Positions 45,564 to 56,900 of a stretch of DNA of 64,000 nucleotides are shown piece by piece; position 1 is the first letter of the stretch, and each line of letters begins with the position of its first letter. The position numbers and the translations under genes were made by a program. The notes under the pieces are model-generated. The model did no database searches, was not told where the DNA came from, and was given only the letters and a program-made list of their open reading frames with translations. The DNA is taken from the NCBI GenBank assembly GCA_016932575.1, contig JAFGCO010000065.1:20465-84464 (forward strand), read 5' to 3'. The stretch is from a bacterium (GTDB taxonomy: Bacteria > Zhuqueibacterota > QNDG01 > JAFGCO01).

Positions 45564-48467
45564 TTGATTTTAATGGAAAAAAGTTGTATTATTCAGGTCA
45601 AGATGAAAAGTATGCTGACCATGTCTCAAGACCTGTTGGAAGGCGACTTTATCTCAGTTGATCTCGAAACCACTGGTCTTGATCCTCAAACAGATTCCAT
45701 TATTGAAGTGGGCATGGTACGAATAGCGCAGGGAGATATTTGCGAAACTTATGAGCAGTTGATTAATCCTGGAATAACCATTCCTTCTCCGATTACACAG
45801 CTTACAGGCATCCAAAATCAAGATTGTCAGGATCAACCCGTACTTGAAGCGGTTTTTCCGGACATTCTGGAATTTATCGGGGAACAGTGGATTATCGCAC
45901 ATAATGCAGATTTTGATTTTGATTTTCTCAATCAGGCAAAACGAAAGCTGGCACCCCGTACAGCGAGATTAGCCTACAATCGTGTAATAGACACACTTAC
46001 CCTGTCCCGCTTATTATTGCCCTGGCTGCCCAACCATCGGCTCGATACCATCTGTGAGTTTCTAAAAATTCATGAAAAACCCGAACATCGGGCGCTTGCA
46101 GATGCAAAAGCAACAGCCCTGATCTTTCAAAAATTAATGCACAGAGCCCGCTCATTGAGTCTTGCTCAGGTTGAAATTATCATTACCCTGTTACATGGAG
46201 CCAAACACGGGCTCCGTTTGTTTTTTGAGAAAATCAAAAATTATATCGAGGCTTATGGCTCGACTCAAGCCCCTGCAGTAACCATGCCCAATAATATTCT
46301 GGGCCATATAAAAATCTCAGAAAAACAGGTAAAAAACGGAAAAATAGATGAGAAGACCATCGAATCGTTCTTTAATAAAAATGGACCATTGAGCAGTCAT
46401 CTTGATGATTATGAGCAACGGGAACCGCAAATTAAAATGGCCAAAACCGTCGGTCAGGCCCTGAATCGCCAGGAATATATGCTGGCTGAGGCCGGAACCG
46501 GTATTGGTAAATCCATGGGCTATCTGGCACCGGCCGTACTTTGGATCAGTGAAAATCCGGAAAAATGCATTATCGTATCCACACATACCAAAACTTTACA
46601 GGATCAACTCTTTCATAAAGAGCTCCCCCTTCTTCAAAAAATATATCCTCAGAAATTTTCAACAGTGCTGCTAAAAGGACGCTCAAATTATCTTTGCAAG
46701 CGGCGCTATATTCAATTGTTAACCCAGCTTCTTGAAAGACTGTCACCCGCTCAGCAGGTCCAATTACTGCCACTGGTTGTTTGGGCCGAAATGACCGTAA
46801 CCGGAGATATTGAAGAAAACGCCGGATTCCATCGAAATTCCAACAATGCCTTATGGTCCCAAATTAATTGTGAGCAAGGACATTGTCTGGGCACTCAATG
46901 TGCCTTTTATCAGGAATGTTTTTTACAGAGAATAAGAAAGTCGAGCCGGTTTGCCAATTTTGTTATCATCAATCATGCCCTGCTTTTTTCGAGTCTGATG
47001 CAATCCCATTCAATCCTCGGTGATTTCGACTCATTAATTGTGGATGAGGCGCATCAAATGGAACGAGTTGCTTCTCAAAATTTGGGGATTGTTCTCAGTA
47101 TGGGATTGTTTTGGGATACGATACATGGGCTCTATCAATCTAAACCAGAAGAGGTTGGCATTCTGATAGTGCTCAAGCATATTATGGCAATCCAGCAAAC
47201 TGACATTCCCAATTATAAAGAAATGAATAATCAAATCCATGTGCTGATCCAGCTGGTCATTACAGTTTTCCAGCACGCACAGCACTTTTTTCAGAAACTG
47301 GATGCATATACCGGCAAGCGTATTCAGCAAAACGGTGCACAGACCCGGATTCGATTACGTCATGCATCAGAATTACAGCAGGCTCTGGGTATCGTACTCG
47401 GACAAACCATACAAGCAGTGGAAAGTCTTTCTGATGAAATGCAGATTCTTATATCCCGTTTGATATCCCTGAATCTTTCGGAAAAATCAGAACTGGAAAA
47501 TCTGGAGCAAGAGTTATCCACTGTGTTTGATCGATTATTTCAACTCAGGGCGTATTTAAACCATTTCCAGGAAGCTGATTACAATGAACATATCATCTGG
47601 TGTGAAAAAAGGATTTATCATGACAATCAGGATGTCATACTGACTTCGGTACCTTTGAATATTGCGGACATTCTGGCCAATACGCTGTATTCTAGACTGA
47701 AACGATGCATTTTAACATCAGCCACGCTGACAGTAGGCAATCAGTTTGATTATATAACGGGCCGCCTGGGTTTCGATAAGGTCGATAAAGATCGCCTTCG
47801 CACACAAATATTTGGTTCTCCATTTCATTATCCGGATCAGGTCCTGTTCCTCATACCCTCTTTTCTGCCCTATCCCAAAGCCGATTCTTATACATATCGT
47901 ATCGGGTGTTTTATTGAATCGGTCATCCGAACTCATCCCAGGGGAACACTGGTATTGTTTACATCTTATAAAATGCTGAATGAAGTGCATGCGAATATTC
48001 AACCGAAATTGGAAGCGCAAGGTATCGAAGTTCTGGGACAAGGCATCAGCGGATCTCATTCAGCCATCCTAAAATCATTTATAAAAAAGGAACAATCTGT
48101 ACTGCTGGGTACAGCAAGTTTCTGGGAAGGTGTGGACGTACCGGGCAAGTCACTGGAAATACTGGTGATCACACGAATCCCCTTCGATGTACCCACCGAC
48201 CCATTGGTGGAGGCCCGTATGGAAGAGGCGGAAAAAAAATTCGGAAGCGGATTCTTCCACTATGCGGTTCCAGAAGCCATTGTTAAATTCCGTCAGGGAT
48301 TCGGAAGGCTGATCCGTACTGCTGGAGATCGTGGCGTGGTCCTGCTTCTGGATCAACGGGTGATTAAAAGTAAATACGGGCAGCTTTTTCTGTCTTCCCT
48401 ACCTGTCCCGCCGGTGGTCTGCGATTTGGAGCAGCAAGTTATGGAACAATTACAAAAATGGTTCTAG
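45564..48467 (+). CDS. dinG: Bifunctional DnaQ-like 3'-5' exonuclease / DinG-family ATP-dependent DNA helicase.
   Basis: Exo I '[13 protein letters not shown]', Exo III '[14 protein letters not shown]'. Helicase Walker A '[10 protein letters not shown]', DEAH 'LIVDEAHQM', C-terminal 'FWEGVD'. Confidence 0.85.
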   Translation: MILMEKSCIIQVKMKSMLTMSQDLLEGDFISVDLETTGLDPQTDSIIEVGMVRIAQGDICETYEQLINPGITIPSPITQLTGIQNQDCQDQPVLEAVFPDILEFIGEQWIIAHNADFDFDFLNQAKRKLAPRTARLAYNRVIDTLTLSRLLLPWLPNHRLDTICEFLKIHEKPEHRALADAKATALIFQKLMHRARSLSLAQVEIIITLLHGAKHGLRLFFEKIKNYIEAYGSTQAPAVTMPNNILGHIKISEKQVKNGKIDEKTIESFFNKNGPLSSHLDDYEQREPQIKMAKTVGQALNRQEYMLAEAGTGIGKSMGYLAPAVLWISENPEKCIIVSTHTKTLQDQLFHKELPLLQKIYPQKFSTVLLKGRSNYLCKRRYIQLLTQLLERLSPAQQVQLLPLVVWAEMTVTGDIEENAGFHRNSNNALWSQINCEQGHCLGTQCAFYQECFLQRIRKSSRFANFVIINHALLFSSLMQSHSILGDFDSLIVDEAHQMERVASQNLGIVLSMGLFWDTIHGLYQSKPEEVGILIVLKHIMAIQQTDIPNYKEMNNQIHVLIQLVITVFQHAQHFFQKLDAYTGKRIQQNGAQTRIRLRHASELQQALGIVLGQTIQAVESLSDEMQILISRLISLNLSEKSELENLEQELSTVFDRLFQLRAYLNHFQEADYNEHIIWCEKRIYHDNQDVILTSVPLNIADILANTLYSRLKRCILTSATLTVGNQFDYITGRLGFDKVDKDRLRTQIFGSPFHYPDQVLFLIPSFLPYPKADSYTYRIGCFIESVIRTHPRGTLVLFTSYKMLNEVHANIQPKLEAQGIEVLGQGISGSHSAILKSFIKKEQSVLLGTASFWEGVDVPGKSLEILVITRIPFDVPTDPLVEARMEEAEKKFGSGFFHYAVPEAIVKFRQGFGRLIRTAGDRGVVLLLDQRVIKSKYGQLFLSSLPVPPVVCDLEQQVMEQLQKWF

Positions 48468-48544
48468 AAAATAGCAGGATTTTTAATGTAAAACGAAAAA
48501 ATAAAACAAGTCAGACTAATTTTATAAATATGGGGACGACAATA

Positions 48545-50005
48545 ATGGAAAAAAAAATTGTCATGGAAGGGCTCACATTCGATGATGTTTTGCTGATCCC
48601 TGATAAATCGGATGTCATACCAAATGAAACAGACCTGCGAACCCGTTTAACTCGTAATCTTTGGGTGAATATTCCCCTCATCTCTGCGGCTATGGATACA
48701 GTAACCGAATCGCGGCTGGCCATTGCTATTGCAAGAGAGGGCGGTATCGGAATTATTCATAAAAATCAGTCGATTGAAAACCAGGCCGCACAGGTGGATA
48801 AAGTAAAACGATCAGAAAGCGGTATGATTTTCAATCCTTTATCTCTTTCTCCAAAGAAAACCATTCAAGATGCACTGCAGTTAATGCATCAGTACCATAT
48901 CAGCGGCATCCCGATTGTGGATGGTGAAAAACTTGTGGGCATATTGACAAACCGGGATATCCGTTTTCTAACAGAACTGGATCAGCCTATTGAGAATGTG
49001 ATGACAAAGGAAAATTTGATTACGGCGCCGATAGGCACAAAACTGAATGAGGCTGAAAAAATCCTGCAAAAACACCGGATTGAGAAACTGCTGATTGTGG
49101 ATGATACCGGCAAGCTGCGCGGTCTGATCACTGTAAAAGACATTCAAAAACGAAAAGCTTTTCCTCATGCAGCAAAAGATGAATCGGGCCGTCTTCTTGC
49201 AGGTGCCGCAGTTGGCGTGTCAAAGGATACGATGAACCGGGTATTGGCCCTTCGGGATGCAGGAGTGGATGTGATATGTGTGGACACAGCTCACGGCCAC
49301 TCAAAAGGTGTATTTAAAACAATTCAAACCATCAGAAAAGAATTCCCTGATATTGAATTGATTGGCGGTAATGTGGCAACCAAGGAGGGCGCTCTTGTGT
49401 TGATTAAAGCGGGAGTGGATGCCGTGAAAGTTGGTATTGGACCGGGATCGATTTGTACCACGCGAGTTGTGGCTGGCGTGGGAGTACCTCAACTTTCCGC
49501 TATCATGCAATGCACGGAAATATGCCAGAAACATAATACCCCTCTCATCGCCGATGGCGGCATCCGGTACTCCGGAGACATTGCCAAGGCCATTGCCGCT
49601 GGTGGCGATACAGTTATGCTTGGATCTATTCTAGCAGGGGTTGAAGAGAGTCCCGGCGAAACAGTCCTTCTTGAAGGACGCAGCTATAAAGTCTATCGTG
49701 GCATGGGATCTTTGGGCGCCATGGCCGAAGGAAGCGCGGATCGTTATTTTCAGGAAAGTGCCGAACGCAATAAATTGGTACCAGAGGGTATCGAAGGACG
49801 TGTCCCCTACAAAGGACGGCTTTCAGATGTGGTGTACCAGCTGGTGGGCGGTATTCGTTCTTCTATGGGATACTGCGGTGTTCGTACCATACAAGAAATG
49901 AAAAACAAGACGCGGTTTGTGAAAGTGACTGAAGCCAGTGTACGAGAGAGCCATCCGCACGACGTCACGATTACAAAAGAAGCTCCGAATTATCAAAGAG
50001 GATAA
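48545..50005 (+). CDS. guaB: IMP dehydrogenase.
   Basis: Start refined to [20 protein letters not shown]. Tandem CBS domains. Catalytic loop '[21 protein letters not shown]', '[12 protein letters not shown]'. Confidence 0.9.
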   Translation: MEKKIVMEGLTFDDVLLIPDKSDVIPNETDLRTRLTRNLWVNIPLISAAMDTVTESRLAIAIAREGGIGIIHKNQSIENQAAQVDKVKRSESGMIFNPLSLSPKKTIQDALQLMHQYHISGIPIVDGEKLVGILTNRDIRFLTELDQPIENVMTKENLITAPIGTKLNEAEKILQKHRIEKLLIVDDTGKLRGLITVKDIQKRKAFPHAAKDESGRLLAGAAVGVSKDTMNRVLALRDAGVDVICVDTAHGHSKGVFKTIQTIRKEFPDIELIGGNVATKEGALVLIKAGVDAVKVGIGPGSICTTRVVAGVGVPQLSAIMQCTEICQKHNTPLIADGGIRYSGDIAKAIAAGGDTVMLGSILAGVEESPGETVLLEGRSYKVYRGMGSLGAMAEGSADRYFQESAERNKLVPEGIEGRVPYKGRLSDVVYQLVGGIRSSMGYCGVRTIQEMKNKTRFVKVTEASVRESHPHDVTITKEAPNYQRG

Positions 50006-50006
50006 A

Positions 50007-50043
50007 AAAACGGACAATGCTTTTTTACTCGTCCGTTTTATTT
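50007..50043. terminator. Bidirectional terminator between the convergent guaB and rpsT genes.
   Basis: aaaacggac / gtccgtttt stem, 15-nt loop, A-run upstream and T-run downstream. Confidence 0.45.
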
Positions 50044-50185
50044 CAATGCTCAAAATATCGTGGATAAATCTTTGATGGGTATTCAGCACTCATATCAAAA
50101 CAGAAGCTGTGCCGGTATTTATGCGCCCACCTTTCTGCATCATGGTAAAGTTTACATTAACCAGAACCAGGAAAACAAGACCGGA

Positions 50186-50440
50186 TTATTGAATACTATT
50201 AACCATTCTTGTCAATTTGGATTTGATATTGGCTGCTTTATTTTTATGAATAATACCTTTTACTGCCATACGATCCAAAAGGCTGGCTGTTTTTTTCAAT
50301 TCAACAGCTGCGGATTCTTTATCCGGTGCATTTTGGACCTTTTTAATAGCGTTTTTCATTTTCGATCGCTTTTGAACATTTCGCATACGTCTTGTTTCAT
50401 TTTGTCGAGTACGCTTTTCAGCCGATTTATGTTGTGGCAT
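50186..50440 (-). CDS. rpsT: 30S ribosomal protein S20.
   Basis: 'MPQHKSAEKRTRQNETRRMRNVQKRSKMKNAIKKV...' is a canonical S20 N-terminus. 84 aa. Confidence 0.9.
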   Translation of the reverse strand: MPQHKSAEKRTRQNETRRMRNVQKRSKMKNAIKKVQNAPDKESAAVELKKTASLLDRMAVKGIIHKNKAANIKSKLTRMVNSIQ

Positions 50441-50525
50441 AAATACCCCTGTCTTGGTTCAAATTAAACAGAGAAAAATATACGAAAATTCATTTTGTAT
50501 GTCAAGGGAATATTTATAAAACTCC

Positions 50526-51134
50526 ATGTTTTATCTTTTGTTAGGCTTAACTATAATCGCCTTGTTGTGGATTATTTTTGGAACTTATCGAATCACAGCA
50601 TATGGCGAAATCAGAAAAGGGCATTGGTCTCTTACAATTGGCCTTGTACGCTTTAAATATCTGTTTACGATTAAATGGCAAAATCAATCTTCTGGTAAAA
50701 ATAAACTTATGATCACAATTTTTACAATGTCCGTTCCCGCCAGAATTAGGGCGCGTGAGAAAAAAAATGAAAAGAATCGTTTTGAGATTTCAGTCAAAAA
50801 TCTGTTTGGCCAATCAAAAAGAAATTTACAGAAAATATCAACCCTCTCTCCCCTGATTCTAAAATTGCTGAAAAAAATAAAGGTGATGGAGTTGAGCATC
50901 AATGGACAAATGAGCCTATGGGATCCTGCAACATCAGGGATTATTTACGGATTGTCACAGTGGGTACGCAGTTACCCGATTTCACCGGTGGATATCCGTA
51001 TCTATCCCCTGTTTTATCCTGATGAAAGTGCCGCAATATGTCATTTGAAAATTAAATTCTGTGTGGCTTCAATTTTATATTTAATGTTCCGGGAACGTCA
51101 TATCTGGAAACCGATGATTTCCGGAAACCGATGA
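50526..51134 (+). CDS. YtfI-like (DUF2953) membrane-anchored protein.
   Basis: N-terminal TM 'MFYLLLGLTIIALLWIIFG'. It sits immediately upstream of, and is translationally coupled to, a GerW/YtfJ homolog, as ytfI–ytfJ are in Bacillus. The assignment rests on context and architecture. The sequence is weakly recognisable. Confidence 0.4.
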   Translation: MFYLLLGLTIIALLWIIFGTYRITAYGEIRKGHWSLTIGLVRFKYLFTIKWQNQSSGKNKLMITIFTMSVPARIRAREKKNEKNRFEISVKNLFGQSKRNLQKISTLSPLILKLLKKIKVMELSINGQMSLWDPATSGIIYGLSQWVRSYPISPVDIRIYPLFYPDESAAICHLKIKFCVASILYLMFRERHIWKPMISGNR

Positions 51135-51148
51135 TAAGGAGGCAATCA

Positions 51149-51523
51149 ATGGTTATTCAGGATCTGGTAAAAACGGTGCTTAAAGAGTTGCGTGAAATAT
51201 CCAAAACACAAACCGTGGTCGGAGATCCCATTAAAGTGCAGGCGGCCACTGTAATTCCTGTCTCTAAGGTATCTTTGGGTTTTGGCATTGGAGGTGGAGA
51301 AGGTTCCGAAAAATCCAGCGCCTATGAGGGAACAGGCGGCGGGATCTCCATTGAACCACAAGCGTTTATAGTCGTTCAAAATGAAAAGGTGGAACTCATT
51401 AGCCTGAAAAAGACAGGTACGGCATTGGGTGAAGTGGTTGATCTGGTTCCCAAAGTACTGGATCGGATGCAAAAAATGAAAAAGAAAAACAAATCCTCTT
51501 CCGAATCGGGAGAAAAATCATGA
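51149..51523 (+). CDS. GerW/YtfJ-family protein (DUF2758; sporulation-associated in Firmicutes).
   Basis: AAGGAGG ribosome-binding site. 'TVVGDPIKVQAATVIPVSKVSLGFGIGGGEGS...GGGISIEPQAFIVVQNEKVELISL' closely matches the GerW consensus (…IGEP…VIPVSKVSFGFG.GG……GGG…P.A.IVV…V.L…). Confidence 0.7.
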   Translation: MVIQDLVKTVLKELREISKTQTVVGDPIKVQAATVIPVSKVSLGFGIGGGEGSEKSSAYEGTGGGISIEPQAFIVVQNEKVELISLKKTGTALGEVVDLVPKVLDRMQKMKKKNKSSSESGEKS

Positions 51524-51714
51524 AACAGCATCGAAAGCATGATCAGGAAGATTTGTTTGGGCTTTCTGAATTAGATACACTGAAACGTCAAATCAAAGAG
51601 ATGGATCAGCAAATCTCCCATGCATTAAAGGCCAATGATTACACAGAAGCCAAAAAACTCACAGACCAGCAGGCGGAGTTGCTTCAAGCACTGGTTGAAA
51701 AAGGGGAAATATAA
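51520..51714 (+). CDS. Small coiled-coil hypothetical protein (64 aa), translationally coupled (ATGA) to the GerW gene.
   Basis: The ORF start overlaps the upstream stop. The content is charged and helical. Confidence 0.35.
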   Translation: MKQHRKHDQEDLFGLSELDTLKRQIKEMDQQISHALKANDYTEAKKLTDQQAELLQALVEKGEI

Positions 51715-51721
51715 TTGACTC

Positions 51722-52174
51722 ATGGTAAATTGCATTGTTGAAATATGCCAGGAAGCTGGCTGCCAGGATCTCCCGATTCCTCACTACCAGACCGAGGGAT
51801 CTTCTGGTATGGACTTGTATGCGGCCGTGGACAAACCAATAACAATACAACCAGGTGAAGTTATGCTGGTGCCGACTGGCATACGCATAGCTCTCTCTCC
51901 CGGTTATGAAGCACAGGTGCGTCCCCGTAGCGGTCTGGCCCTCAAACATGGAATCGGCCTGCTGAACAGCCCGGGCACAATTGATGCCGATTATCGAGGG
52001 GTCATCGGAATTATTCTGTTTAATTTCGGCCGTGCTGTCTTTACGATCCATCGTGGTGACCGGATCGCTCAGATGGTCATTGCCAGAGTGGAGAACGCCA
52101 AAGTCAAAGTGGTTCGTGTATTACCGGAAAGCGCCCGGGGCAATGGCGGTTTTGGATCTACAGGAAAGCAATGA
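51722..52174 (+). CDS. dut: dUTP diphosphatase.
   Basis: 'SSGMDLYA', '[12 protein letters not shown]', '[17 protein letters not shown]', 'GDRIAQMVI', '[10 protein letters not shown]' are the five dUTPase motifs. Confidence 0.9.
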   Translation: MVNCIVEICQEAGCQDLPIPHYQTEGSSGMDLYAAVDKPITIQPGEVMLVPTGIRIALSPGYEAQVRPRSGLALKHGIGLLNSPGTIDADYRGVIGIILFNFGRAVFTIHRGDRIAQMVIARVENAKVKVVRVLPESARGNGGFGSTGKQ

Positions 52175-52249
52175 ATGATATACAGAGGTGAGATATAAGA
52201 TTCTGGCATATAACATGATAAAATCTCAATTGATATTTCTGAATCGATT

Positions 52250-53543
52250 TCAGCTGTTCTTATTTCCAGTGGCGACGATCTCTTTGATCCACACAGTTCT
52301 CACAGATTTCGGGCGTTCAATGGGTTCCATCAATCCTCGTGACAAAACCAGCTGAGCAAGCAGACCCATTGCCCGGGATGCACCAAAAAGGACAGTATAA
52401 TATTCAAATTCACGAATTCCATAATGATAAAGCAGCGCTCCGGAACCGGCATCCACATTGGGCCAGGGATTTTTCGCACGACCGTGTTCTTTTAAAATAT
52501 CAGGAATCGTTTTGTATAAAAGGTTGACAATTTTAAATACATCGTCATTCGGGCACGCTCTCAAACCAAAATTTCGAAAAGCGATAAACCGGGGATCCGT
52601 AACACGCAAAACAGCATGTCCGTATCCGGGAATCACCTTTCCGGAATTAAGCGTTTCCCATGCAAAATCGACAATTTGACTCTCGGTAGGCACACCCCCG
52701 AATTTTTTCAAAATAGAGAGTACAAATCTCAAACATTCCTGATTCGCCAATCCGTGAAGAGGTCCGGATAAACCGTTCATGGCGGCGGAAATCGAGTAAA
52801 ACGGATCAGAAAGGGCAGATCCCACACAATGGCAGGTATGTGCACTCACATTACCACCTTCGTGATCAATATGAAGCACCATATACAGCCTGATTAAATC
52901 GGCGAATGTACCCTGCGGATCGTGAATACCCATCATAAAAGCAAAATTATCTGCCCAGGTTTTCTCCGGATCAGAATGAATGCGCTCCCCCCTGTTAAAC
53001 CGTTTACGATAAATATAGGCGGCAATGGCCGGTATTCGCGCAACCAGACGCAGGGCATCCTCCAGCACATAAATCCAGTAATCGCTTTTAGGAATACCCT
53101 TTCTATATTCCATAGCAAAAACCGAATCACGGTGCATAACCAGGATGGCTGTGCTTAACATGGTCATCGGATGCGCATCTCCGGATAATGCGTCTAATAC
53201 AGACCAAACATAAGATGGAACTTCTTCCCTTGACCGTAATTCTCTTTGCAGGTCCAGAAGGGCCTCTTTATCAGGCAGATCACCGGTAAGCAGCAAATAA
53301 AACAGCTCCTCCGGCAAGCGATCAACCAAATCTAAAATCGGAGAATCTCTAATAATCAGTCCCTTGTCGGGCTCGACAATCGAAGTGTCGCATATAAGCG
53401 ATTCAACACCCCGCATACCGCCTAAAGCCTGTTTCACTGTCACATTCGAAATAACCCTGTCTCCGTGCTTTTCAATCAAATCATTAATTTCTTTTCGAAG
53501 AACAGATAAATTTTCAGACAGTTTTTTTTGCAAGAGACCCATC
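52250..53543 (-). CDS. Citrate synthase family enzyme.
   Basis: Start refined to MGLLQKKLSEN (AAAGGAGG ribosome-binding site 8 nt upstream). 'GPLHGLANQE', 'HIDHEGGNVSAHT' and 'SGKVIPGYGHAVL' match citrate-synthase signatures. Confidence 0.85.
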
Positions 53544-53638
53544 AAACAAAACCTCCTTTGACCATGAAAAATCAATATTGTTTTATAAATAATCCACGGA
53601 TAAAATAACAGATGTTCATTCCAAGAGAAAAAATGCAA

Positions 53639-53965
53639 TATTTATTCATGACAGCAAATTTGATGTAACTACTTATAAAAATAGCTTTTCCATGCGACAA
53701 TGTCAATAGGCAATTCAGGGACAGGCCAGATAAAATCGTAACAATCATTGAAATTACTTGAATGTGAAGAGGATGACAATTTTAATGGCATTTTATCTCT
53801 GTATTTAATAATTTGAGATAATGCAAACACAAATGGTATAATGATTGTTATGATGGTATTGAATCAAGCGATTCTATGCAAAATCAAAAATTAGTTGAAT
53901 CCAGGGAAAAAATAGTGTAACTTCAACAAAATATAACAGATAAATTTTAAAAATTAAGATAATTT
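53639..53965. promoter_or_regulatory. 327-bp AT-rich divergent promoter region between citrate synthase and the 1560-aa ligase–GNAT gene.
   Basis: A long non-coding spacer between divergently transcribed genes. Confidence 0.3.
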
Positions 53966-56900
53966 ATGGATGTTCAAATGTCACATCCTGATCAGTTAAA
54001 AAATATGACAACTCTGCTTACCGATTGGAAAAATGCCAATTTTCAAAACAAAGGGCCTAAGGAGCTTTCTCAACGGATCCTCTCAATTATGGAAGAAACG
54101 ATTCAATCGAACCAGGAACCTCCTTTTCCCAGAAAGCTCTGGCATGATCTGCTGGATATTACAGGAAAAAGCGGCTTTCTTCAAAGCCTGCCCGATCGCG
54201 ACTTACAATATCGATGGGCAGAAGCTGTATTTAATATTATCCGCATTTCTCAGTTTACACTGAACGACATGTTCAATCAGCGAGTAAAAAACCACCCTCA
54301 ACGGATTCTGTTTAATGAAATAAACGGACAGGAATCAACGACATGGACATATGAGCAGATCCATAGACACATTCTTGAAATAGCCGCTGTCTTTTACTCA
54401 TCCGTCGATCAATCGCCTCGTGTGGCCATTCTTTCTGAAAATTCTGTAGAGAGTGCCTGCTGTGATCTTGCCTGCCTGATGTATGATATCCTGAACACGC
54501 CTCTTAATGTTTATCTGGATTCTGAAGTATTGATTGATATTTTTAATCGGTTAAATATCAATATCGTTGTTACAGATACCTGTGAAAAATGTAAGATGCT
54601 CCAGGACATCTCCGGCAAGTGCCGTCAGCCGTTTAAAATCTTTGTCACAGATGTCATGTGCAGAGAAAATGAAAATATCCATTTTATTGGCAAGTATTGT
54701 AAAAAAATACATATTAAAGAAGCCAATAAAATATTAAGTAACCGGAAACACAGGGACTTAAGCCAGGTGGCAACCGTCATGTTTACATCAGGCAGCACTG
54801 GTAAACCCAAAGGAGTGTGTTTTTCAATATATAATCTGGTCACCAAACGGTTTGCCCGTGCAGCTGCTCTTCCTGAAGTCGGCGACAATGAAATCTTTCT
54901 TTGCTATTTGCCTCTTTACCATACATTCGGAAGATTTTTGGAACTTTTAGGATCTATCTATTGGGGTGGCACATACACTTTTCTCGGGAATCCTTCTGCT
55001 GAAACACTGATCGCACAATTTCCGGAAATTAATCCCACAGGATTTATCAGCATTCCTCTGCGCTGGTCTCAACTTTATGAAAAATGTATTGAGAAAATCG
55101 ATCCGATTCCGGGAGATCAGCTTCAGGAAGTGGCTATCCGGTCTGTTATCGGCAACCGGCTTCGTTGGGGTTTATCCGCAGCCGGATATCTGGATCCAAA
55201 AATATTCCGTTTTTTTCAGCGACACGGAATAAAAATTTGCAGTGGTTTTGGATTGACTGAGGCAACCGGCGGAATTACCATGACACCCACAGACAAATAT
55301 TTAGATAACTCACATGGCATTCCAATGCCGGGTGCCTATATTCGTCTGGGAAGACAAAATGAAATGCAGGTCAGAGGCCCGTACATTGCCCGATATCTGG
55401 ATGATGTTGGTGCTGATGGATACATCCCATATCCAGGGTCGCCTGATTCCGATTACTGGCTGACGACCGGCGATCTTTTTCAGGTTTCCTCTGAGGGTTA
55501 TTATGAAATTGTAGATCGAATCAAAGATATTTATAAAAACAATAAAGGCCAAACCATCGCGCCGAGAAAGGTTGAAAAAAAGTTTATTGATGTCCCTGGC
55601 GTGAAACGTGCATTCTTGGTCGGAGATAGTCATCCCTATAATGTTCTGTTTATTGTTCCGAACCTCAAAGATCCGGTACTGCAGGTATCTGAAACACCTG
55701 AGCAACAAAGGGAGTATTTTCACCAGATTGTTGCAACGGCCAATCAGGATCTTGCACCCTACGAACGAATCGTCAATTTTACGGTGCTTGACCGGGATTT
55801 TAAAATTGATAAAAAAGAACTGACCCCGAAAGGAACGTTCAATCGGAAAATAATTGTCGAAAACTTTGCCGGGAAAATTGCCGAATTATATCGAAGCAAC
55901 TATATCGAATTAAAATCGAGGGATATTCAAATCAAGATACCCAGATGGTTTTTTAGAGACCTGGGTATTCTGGAGGATGAGATCCAATTGGCTTCAAAAG
56001 GTTTGATGAATAAAAGAACCGGCGAAATTCTTCATATATCCAAACAGAGGGATTCAAATCATATTAAGATCGGAAATCTTGAATATGTCATCAAAGGAAA
56101 AACCATTGATCTCGGAGTTTTTTCACGGCAGCCTCGCTTATGGATCGGCAATCCTGCACTGGTATCGTTTTGTCCGATTAAGATGGGATGGGATGCGCCA
56201 TTTGACACAATTTCAGACCATGTATTTCGTCCATGGAACGTTGAAACACAGCCTCCGTCCGTCAATATCAGAGAAACAGCGCGTATCAGTGATCTGTTTT
56301 TACTCCAACTCCATCGTTTGATTTCAGAAATGATTTTTTATCATTCAGAAGTCGCTTTACAATCTTTACATCATTTGGAAAAAATTTTAAAAACCGCCAA
56401 TGATCGCACAGCCGATGTGATTCGGCATCGACTCGAAACACTGGCCCGTCACCCTGATGAACAGCTACGATGCCTTGCCTACAAAATTTTACTTCTTGAT
56501 GAACCCCAGATGGACTACAGTAAAGCATTTCCGGCTTTTATCAATTCAGGTTTGAGTTTTCTGAATAAGGAAACCATCGAAGAGATTGCTTTCTCACTGG
56601 TCGAAAAAAGACGTCTGGACGCCTTGCGCCAACGGTTATTTAATTACCGACTGCAGCTTGAATGGCCGGTCGACGAAGCAACCCGCAAACAATTTATCAA
56701 TATTTTTCAACTTCTGGTCAGTTTTGTGGAATATCATCCCGAATTTTACAATTCTGTTCGTGCAGAGCTGGCAAGCTGGACCCTTCATGGATCAGATCCA
56801 GAACTGGCGAAAGCAGCAAATAAATCGTTTATAAAACTCTTTACGGACTTTGAAGCCGCATTGGAGGAAAATACTTCAAAATACAGCAAGTATGACTGGA

